From contig OZ244922.1 of the NCBI GenBank assembly GCA_965221905.1, forward strand, positions 3,382,956-3,446,955: a stretch of 64,000 nucleotides of DNA, written 5' to 3'. Below the pieces are notes generated by a model that saw only the letters and a list, made by a program, of their open reading frames with translations, did not search any database and was not told the origin of the DNA. Below are positions 58,342 to 64,000 of this stretch, piece by piece (the first letter of the stretch is position 1; the number at the start of each line of letters is the position of its first letter). Origin of the DNA: Chloroflexota bacterium. GTDB lineage: Bacteria; Chloroflexota; UBA11872; VXOZ01. The position numbers were made by a program, and so were the translations under genes.

Positions 58342-59920
58342 TCAGTACCCCTCCGTTTGCAATTCCTGCGGCGGAAGCGCGACCGAAACGGCTGGCGGCG
58401 CGCCGCCCTCCACGGTGCGTGTGAGCAGGGCCAGAGCCATCACATAATCATCGTGTCCCTGACTGGCGGGCACATGGAAGGCGATCCGATTGCCCGGATG
58501 CAATGCCATTCGGCACCGCCGCACCTGCCGCCAGCACTCCCGGTACTCCGGCGACCCGTCGTCCGCCCACAGTTGCAGGCGTCCGCCGCCGACCAAGGCG
58601 CGCACGTCGTAGCCCAGCGCGCTCTTCGACTGCGCCGTGAAGGTAAACGGTTCGATGCGGTCGTGGCCCAACCGCGCGCTCAAGAAACGCGCGAGCGCGT
58701 CGCCCATGCCGGTGGCGTCTATGCTTGCTCTTTGGACTCGCCACTCCTCGCCCAGCAGGCGCACGAGGCGCGCGTATTGCTCGGTGGTGGGCATAACCGG
58801 TCCACTGGTAGGCGTTTACGATCGCGACCGCGGGCAGGGCAAAGCCGAGCACCGGGTCGTGCCGCCAGACCCGCTCGCCGATCAAGACCACCGTGCTATC
58901 GCGCCGGGACCGACCGGCTTCCCGGTTACCGGCGGCGGTCTCTTCGCCGGCCACGTCCACGGCTGCGACGTAATGCGCATCCGAGCGGGGTTGCTGCTGC
59001 CGGACGTGTGTGCCCTGCAACGCCGCTTGCAACGGCGGCGTGAAGAAGCCGGTGGCGTCGTCCACCTCTTCCAAGCGGTACTGGGTACGGATGACCAAGT
59101 CATCCTCGCCGCGCTGGCGAATCTGCGCCTTTACCGCCGCTCCGTAGCGCTGGTTTACCTGTGCCCCCACCTGCCACGGAAAGGAGAAGTGCCGCTGCTC
59201 GCCGGTGCGTTCCGCATGCACGAGATTCAGCGCCTTGTACTTAGCAAGCAGCGTGTCTTTCGTCCACGGCGTACCGTAGAGCACGATGGTGGCGTTCTGC
59301 GCCGCCGCCATCGGCAGAAACTCTTTGGCGAACTTTTCCTCATCCACGTCCTGGGCTTCGTCTACCTCCAGCAGCAAATCGGCGGTAGCGCCGACCACGT
59401 TGGACTGCTCGTGCGCCGAGAGGAACATCACGCGCGCGTTGCCTACGGTCACCATGCTGCCCTGGGTACGTTTCCAATACGGCGCCAGCCAGGGATGGTC
59501 CAGCAGCGATTCGAGGCGCAGGCGGGAGATGAGGGTCTGCGGGGTCAGCGTGGGGGCGCACTTCACAATCGTGCCACCGCGCCGTTGATAGCGGTACAGG
59601 AGATAGGCTTCGAGATGCGCCGAAAGCTCATTCTTGCCCATCTGCCGCGCCATCTCCACGGTGAAAATAGCCCCTTGCCGCCGCCGCACACTCGCGAGCA
59701 CCGGCCGCGCCACCGCCAACTGGTAGGACCGCAGCGGACGCCCCACAAGCACACGCGAAAAGTGCGCAATGTCGTTGAGGGTATAGCGGAAGAAGGTGCG
59801 GGCGATTTCATTCCCGTCTTCCCCGTGCGGGACGGGCGACAAGTGAGAAGCGCCGGTCTCCGCGTCTCTCTTCTGTGTGTCTGCAACGTTCGTTTTCATT
59901 GAATGCTCGTTACTACTCAT
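58342..59920 (-). pseudogene. phage terminase large subunit, frameshifted near 58790-58800
   Basis: N-terminal ATPase part in the frame of ORF 58448..59920 (Walker A-like FTVEMARQMGKNE), which then runs into an Arg-rich out-of-frame tail; the RNaseH-like nuclease domain (IDATGMGDALARFL ... HDDYVMALALL) is in the frame of ORF 58342..58794. Confidence 0.5.
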
Positions 59921-60201
59921 TCCGGCAGGTCATCGGAGGCGCATGCGATTCTGCGCCCCGTGTTCCCATCTACTGCCCCGGCACGATGCGCAGGAGGCCG
60001 TTGAGGAAAGCGGCGGCAAACGGCGAAGCGAAGATGCCGATCAGGATGACGTTGATCTTCGCTTCCAGCCGGGCGTAGTCCTCCCGCGTGTTCTCGGCCA
60101 ACTCGCGCGTCACCTGACCGAAGGCGCAACCGTGTTGCGCCAGGCGGTCCGCCAGGTCTTGGTGGCGCGCGTCGTGCTTCCTCGGCGTGTGCGTGTTTGA
60201 T

Positions 60202-60609
60202 TCATTCAGCATGGTGTTTTTCCTGAGTGCTTTCTTCCTGCTGCTCCCGCACCTCGATCTCCGCAATCACCTGGCGCATCGCCTCGGTCAGGTTGTCTTC
60301 GGCTCGGGGCGAAAGTTGAGCGCGCGCTTTCAGGGCGTTGAGAAGAATGTCCGTCAGGTCCTTTACCGCCTTGATCTTGTCCGCCGGTGCGCGCTCGTCG
60401 TCTTCGGCATTGAGCATCTGGGCTGCGATGCGGCGAATGAGCATGCGCAGCAGTCCGATCTCGTCCTGGAGCAGCGGATTATCGGCGGTCCGCTCCAACG
60501 CCGACAGCTCATGTTCGGCGAAGAGGTCGGCGTAGAGACTTCTAGGTTGCTTCTTGCGTTGGGTCACTGGGTTGTTTTCCTTTTCGTCATGGCTATGCGC
60601 TTCGTGCAT
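60202..60609 (-). CDS. hypothetical protein (possibly terminase small subunit or phage regulator)
   Basis: 135 aa helical/charged ORF immediately upstream of the terminase. Confidence 0.25.
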   Translation of the reverse strand: MHEAHSHDEKENNPVTQRKKQPRSLYADLFAEHELSALERTADNPLLQDEIGLLRMLIRRIAAQMLNAEDDERAPADKIKAVKDLTDILLNALKARAQLSPRAEDNLTEAMRQVIAEIEVREQQEESTQEKHHAE

Positions 60610-60826
60610 GGCAGGAATAGTGTTCTGTGCAGTGCCTTTCCCGCCGTTCCTCCTGTTTTTGGTCGGCGCGCCGTAGAGTTACAGCGGGGACACCTCGCGG
60701 CATGGCGCGGCCTTTGCCAAGCGTTACAGGGAGGGCATCGATGGCACTGTGTGGTACTCGTCCATAGTTTTGGGGCTGCATAAAGGTACATTCAAAAATA
60801 ATATAAAACTTAAGGGGTAAAAGGGG

Positions 60827-60855
60827 TTGTATTTTTACTAAATATTTACTATACT
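60827..60855 (+). promoter_or_regulatory. sigma70-like promoter in an AT-rich islet (-35 TTGTAT, 17-bp spacer, -10 TATACT)
   Basis: direct reading; about 100 bp at less than 30% GC in an otherwise GC-rich stretch. Confidence 0.3.
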
Positions 60856-60999
60856 GGGAAAAACACGGTGCAGAGTATGAGAACACAGGAGGTTTAGCAG
60901 GTGCCGTGGCTGTGCGAACAGACTGGATCGCTGCGCCAACAGACTGGATTGGCACTGACGAAGAGGGGTCTTTTGATTACTTGGCCGGCGCCAATTTTA

Positions 61000-61190
61000 C
61001 CGTTCGCCCTGAGCCTGTCGAAGGGTGAACGGATGTGCTGAGCACAGGTGGTGTTCCTTTACCGTTCGCCCTGAGCCTGTCGAAGGGTGAACGGATGTGG
61101 CACTGAGAGAACCGCAGTACATGCGCACACTGTCGTTCATACTTCGACCCTTCGACAGGCTCAGGGCAGGCAGGCTCAGCACGAACGGTT
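61000..61190. repeat. family-D repeats: two direct 62-bp copies plus an inverted copy upstream of lexA
   Basis: ACCGTTCGCCCTGAGCCTGTCGAAGGGTGAACGGATGTG x2, then CCCTTCGACAGGCTCAGGGC...CTCAGCACGAACGG. Confidence 0.85.
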
Positions 61191-61354
61191 TTCACAGACT
61201 GCACAAACACCCAAGAAGAGAAAGAAAGCGCCGGGTTGCGGTTTACGAATGGGTCTTCATTTAAGCAGCAAGCACGGCGACAGACCCTGCACGCAAGAAG
61301 CCCGGTGGCAGATTTACCGCTTAGTAGCGTCTAGCGACGGAGAGGAAGGCGCAC

Positions 61355-61993
61355 ATGAAAGAAACACCTATGGGTAAGAAACTTACCAGTAAGCTGCTTA
61401 CCCATAAGCAACGGCAGGTGCTGACGTTTCTCACGCGCGTACAGCAAGAGGGACGCTGGCCCACCTTGGAAGAGATTGCCCGGTGCATCGGCGCGCGCTC
61501 ACCGGCGGCGGCGCACCACCATCTGAAGCGCTTGGAAATCAAAGGGCACCTGCGCCGCACGGCCTGGGGCACCTACGAGCTTACGCCCCAGGTGCAGATG
61601 TTGGAGGGCTTGGGAGTAGCGCGCGTACCGGTGCGCGGCACGATTGCCGCCGGTACCGGCGTGGAGGCGGTGGAGGCAGTGGAAGACTGGCTCACCGTGG
61701 ATAGCGTCTTCGCGCGTCATCCCGATGTCTACGCGCTGCGCGTGCAGGGCGACAGCATGGTGGATGCCTGCGTCTGCAACGGCGACCACGTGCTCATTCG
61801 CCCCCAGCCCGCTGCGGAGAACGGCGAGATGGTGGCGGCCTTGCGCGAAGACGGCACCGCCACGCTGAAGTACCTCCGCCGCGACGACGGGCAAGTATTC
61901 CTTGTACCCGCCAACCCGTATTACCCTACGCTCCCCGGCAACAACATCACCATTCTCGGCAAGGTGGTCGGCGTGATCCGCGTATTCGCATGA
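61355..61993 (+). CDS. lexA: LexA repressor (S24 peptidase)
   Basis: LTHKQRQVLTFL...WPTLEEIA wHTH; cleavage-site region VPVRGTIAAGTG; catalytic LRVQGDSM (Ser) and later Lys. Confidence 0.9.
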   Translation: MKETPMGKKLTSKLLTHKQRQVLTFLTRVQQEGRWPTLEEIARCIGARSPAAAHHHLKRLEIKGHLRRTAWGTYELTPQVQMLEGLGVARVPVRGTIAAGTGVEAVEAVEDWLTVDSVFARHPDVYALRVQGDSMVDACVCNGDHVLIRPQPAAENGEMVAALREDGTATLKYLRRDDGQVFLVPANPYYPTLPGNNITILGKVVGVIRVFA

Positions 61994-62013
61994 GAACTGT
62001 AGGGGCGCTTGCT

Positions 62014-62041
62014 GTAGGGGCGCTTCGCGAAGCGCCCCTAC
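62014..62041. repeat. perfect 28-bp palindrome GTAGGGGCGCTTCGCGAAGCGCCCCTAC after lexA (terminator-like hairpin, no U-run)
   Basis: preceded by a partial direct copy TGTAGGGGCGCTTGC and followed by GTAAAAAAC. Confidence 0.5.
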
Positions 62042-62105
62042 GTAAAAAACGACCCAACGTTACATACCAGATACCGTTCCAGCTAACGAAGGAGAGGAAA
62101 GAGCA

Positions 62106-62774
62106 ATGGCAGCAACAATGCCCTTAATGAATGCGACGCCGTTGGCGAAAGCAACGCCTGTGGCGAAAGAGCCGACGCCCGCACGGCCGCCTGACGAACT
62201 GCTCGTCACGGTGCAGGCGGCAAAGCAGGGCAATACCACCGCCCAGATGCTGCTCATGGACCGCTTGCGCCTGCCGATGGAGCGTCAGATACGGCGTCTC
62301 AGGCGGAGCTTCCGGCCTTCGGAGGCTGAAGACGCCCGCCAAGAGGTGCAGCGCCTCTTTCTGGAGCTGCTCTACGAGTATGACTATACGCGCAACGGCA
62401 ACTTCGAAGCCTACATGTGCACCATGCTCAAGTGGCGCGTACACAACTTCGGCCGCACCTCCCGGCGTACTGCGCCGCCGGACCCCGCCCATAATCAGTC
62501 GCTCAGCAATGAGATTACGGCCTATCTCGCCGAGCAGCGCTTGCGCGCAGGCACGCCCACGGCGGAACCGGCAGTCCACGTCGAGCTCGATCAAGCCCTG
62601 CGGATGCTCACGCCCAAGCAGAAGACGGTGCTCTACGCGATCTACTGGCAAGACCGTCGTGTGGTGGACATCGCCGCGCGCATGGGCGTAAGCCCGCAAG
62701 CTGTGCGCGCTATCCGCCAACGGGCGGAAAAAATCCTCCGCCAGCGCCTGGAAGCCTCCGGCGCCGCGCCTTAG
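62106..62774 (+). CDS. sigma-70 family (ECF-type) RNA polymerase sigma factor
   Basis: region-2-like LFLELLYEYDY and region-4 HTH LTPKQKTVLYAIYWQDRRVVDIAARMGVSPQAVRAIRQRA. Confidence 0.75.
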   Translation: MAATMPLMNATPLAKATPVAKEPTPARPPDELLVTVQAAKQGNTTAQMLLMDRLRLPMERQIRRLRRSFRPSEAEDARQEVQRLFLELLYEYDYTRNGNFEAYMCTMLKWRVHNFGRTSRRTAPPDPAHNQSLSNEITAYLAEQRLRAGTPTAEPAVHVELDQALRMLTPKQKTVLYAIYWQDRRVVDIAARMGVSPQAVRAIRQRAEKILRQRLEASGAAP

Positions 62775-63066
62775 ACCGATTCACAGTCACGGACGCCGCA
62801 ACACAGCTAACAATCTGGTGAAGGAGCGTGAACGCATAGCGAACCGAGGACACAGTACCGCGCCTAAAGTGGCTGAGAGCAGGCTCGTACTGCGGACAAT
62901 CTAAAACAGAAAACCAATCTGCTCGACACGACAGACAATATTGTGTAACATCCTCCCAAACCAGTATGAACTGCGACATCTACTCAAATTATGACGCCGT
63001 GTAGGATGCGCCTTCGCGCCCACCACCGACGGTAGTCGCAACGTTACCAAGAAACGATACAATGGC

Positions 63067-63825
63067 ATGCAGGGGAAGGAGCAACGCATGACCGCAACTA
63101 CCGTGCTAAATGTATCTGAAGAGCGGACACGAACCAAGAAGCCACATCGCATGGTGCAAAACGGTTTGCCAACCAATGAGCTTGTATTCAGCGCCCATGT
63201 TGGGGGAAATGAGGACATTTTCCCGCAGATTCTATCCCTATACGTACCGAAGTCGAGCGTCATTGCAGATGTAACGTATGGCGAGGGCGTATTTTGGCGC
63301 AACATTCCTGAAAATCAATATAAAGTTCTCGGCACTGACATTCAGAATGGAGTCGATTGCCGCGAATTGCCCTATCCTGACGGTGAGATCGATTGCGTAG
63401 TTCTTGACCCACCGTATATGCATTCCCCAGGCGGCACTGCCCATCGCAGCCAAAGCGCGTTCGAGAAGCACTATCGAAATAACGGAACAGGCAATAGAAC
63501 TACAAAGAAGTACCATGATGCAGTATTGGCACTGTATGAAGAGGCCGGTGTAGAGGCTCACAGAATTCTTCGAGATCGAGGAGTCTTTATCGTCAAGTGC
63601 CAAGATGAAGTGTGCTCCAATCGTCAACACTTCACTCATGTAGAGATCATGCAGTCGTACATTGGACTAGGCTTCGTCGCGGAAGATATGTTCGTCGTAG
63701 TAAGAAACAACCGACCCGGTGTGAGTCGTACTGTCAGGCAAGTCCACGCGAGAAAGAATCATTCCTATTTCCTTGTATTTTGGAAACAAGGTGCTACTGG
63801 AAAGATTTGGGAGCCCCCCAAGTGA
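63067..63825 (+). CDS. DNA methyltransferase (N6-adenine/N4-cytosine type, DPPY motif)
   Basis: motif I-like ADVTYGEGVFW and motif IV VVLDPPY; lower GC than flanks. Confidence 0.65.
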   Translation: MQGKEQRMTATTVLNVSEERTRTKKPHRMVQNGLPTNELVFSAHVGGNEDIFPQILSLYVPKSSVIADVTYGEGVFWRNIPENQYKVLGTDIQNGVDCRELPYPDGEIDCVVLDPPYMHSPGGTAHRSQSAFEKHYRNNGTGNRTTKKYHDAVLALYEEAGVEAHRILRDRGVFIVKCQDEVCSNRQHFTHVEIMQSYIGLGFVAEDMFVVVRNNRPGVSRTVRQVHARKNHSYFLVFWKQGATGKIWEPPK

Positions 63826-64000
63826 ACGCCGTGGGCTTGTTGGTCACCATCATTCGAGAACACGCGCCAAAAGACATCTGGCAAGACTCTCCGCTTATAG
63901 GCTATCGAATGCTAGGCAATACGAATAGAGGCGAAATAGGTGAGACGTTTATTCGGCGTTACTTGGAACTGAACAATATCCCGGTTGGAAACGGAAGTCG
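63822..64000 (+). CDS. partial ORF overlapping the methyltransferase stop (GTGA); possible cognate restriction endonuclease or R-M accessory protein
   Basis: VNAVGLLVTIIREHAPKD... continues to the window end; 4-nt translational coupling. Confidence 0.3.
   Translation, partial: MNAVGLLVTIIREHAPKDIWQDSPLIGYRMLGNTNRGEIGETFIRRYLELNNIPVGNGS

Noticed and set aside
59970-60266. 98-aa minus-strand ORF (possible holin-like small membrane protein if started at MLNES)
   Set aside because: It has only a single weak hydrophobic segment and overlaps the terminase 5' end. There is insufficient support.
62014-62051. Canonical intrinsic terminator for lexA
   Set aside because: It is a perfect 28-bp hairpin, but it is followed by an A-run, not a U-run, on the lexA strand. 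It is recorded only as a palindrome or terminator-like element.

Overview
This 64 kb window looks like a high-GC bacterial chromosome, possibly Chloroflexota-like judging from its repeat families, but that is a guess. The core genes are rodZ-like–pgsA, glpK, tRNA-Lys(CTT), purB, purC, pnp, dapB, asd, lexA and an ECF-type sigma factor. Several accessory modules are embedded among them. Four families of short palindromic REP-like repeats are scattered through the window and build three tandem arrays, at about 13.8–14.8 kb, 50.9–51.3 kb and 61.0–61.2 kb. Two islets of visibly lower GC carry candidate defence modules. (1) Between purC and pnp (38.75–41.8 kb) a tightly overlapping minus-strand operon encodes a small beta-grasp/ubiquitin-like protein, an E2-like/E1(ThiF) fusion and a Cys-cluster protein of unknown function. 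It is transcribed divergently from an XRE-family HTH protein and an ImmA/IrrE HEXXH metallopeptidase (a CapH/CapP-like regulator pair), with GTAC-core palindromes in the shared promoter region. This is the most likely novel system. (2) At 8.4–10.4 kb there is a AAA (ABC-type) ATPase plus a DUF4276-like, TOPRIM-like protein, reminiscent of OLD/PARIS/Gabija. A decayed prophage-like block spans about 47.9–60.8 kb, next to lexA. It carries a BNR protein, a pair of paralogous small proteins, a connector-like protein, a protease-scaffold-capsid fusion with an in-frame stop, tandem HicB, a portal and a frameshifted large terminase. A DNA methyltransferase with an overlapping downstream ORF sits at the right edge of the window. 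Other features are a carbohydrate/catabolic cluster (substrate-binding protein, three amidohydrolase-2 paralogues, isochorismatase, RraA, NUDIX), two large envelope glycosyltransferase-like membrane proteins flanking a MoaD-like gene, and a structured GUUUC/GAAAC hairpin array upstream of pnp.
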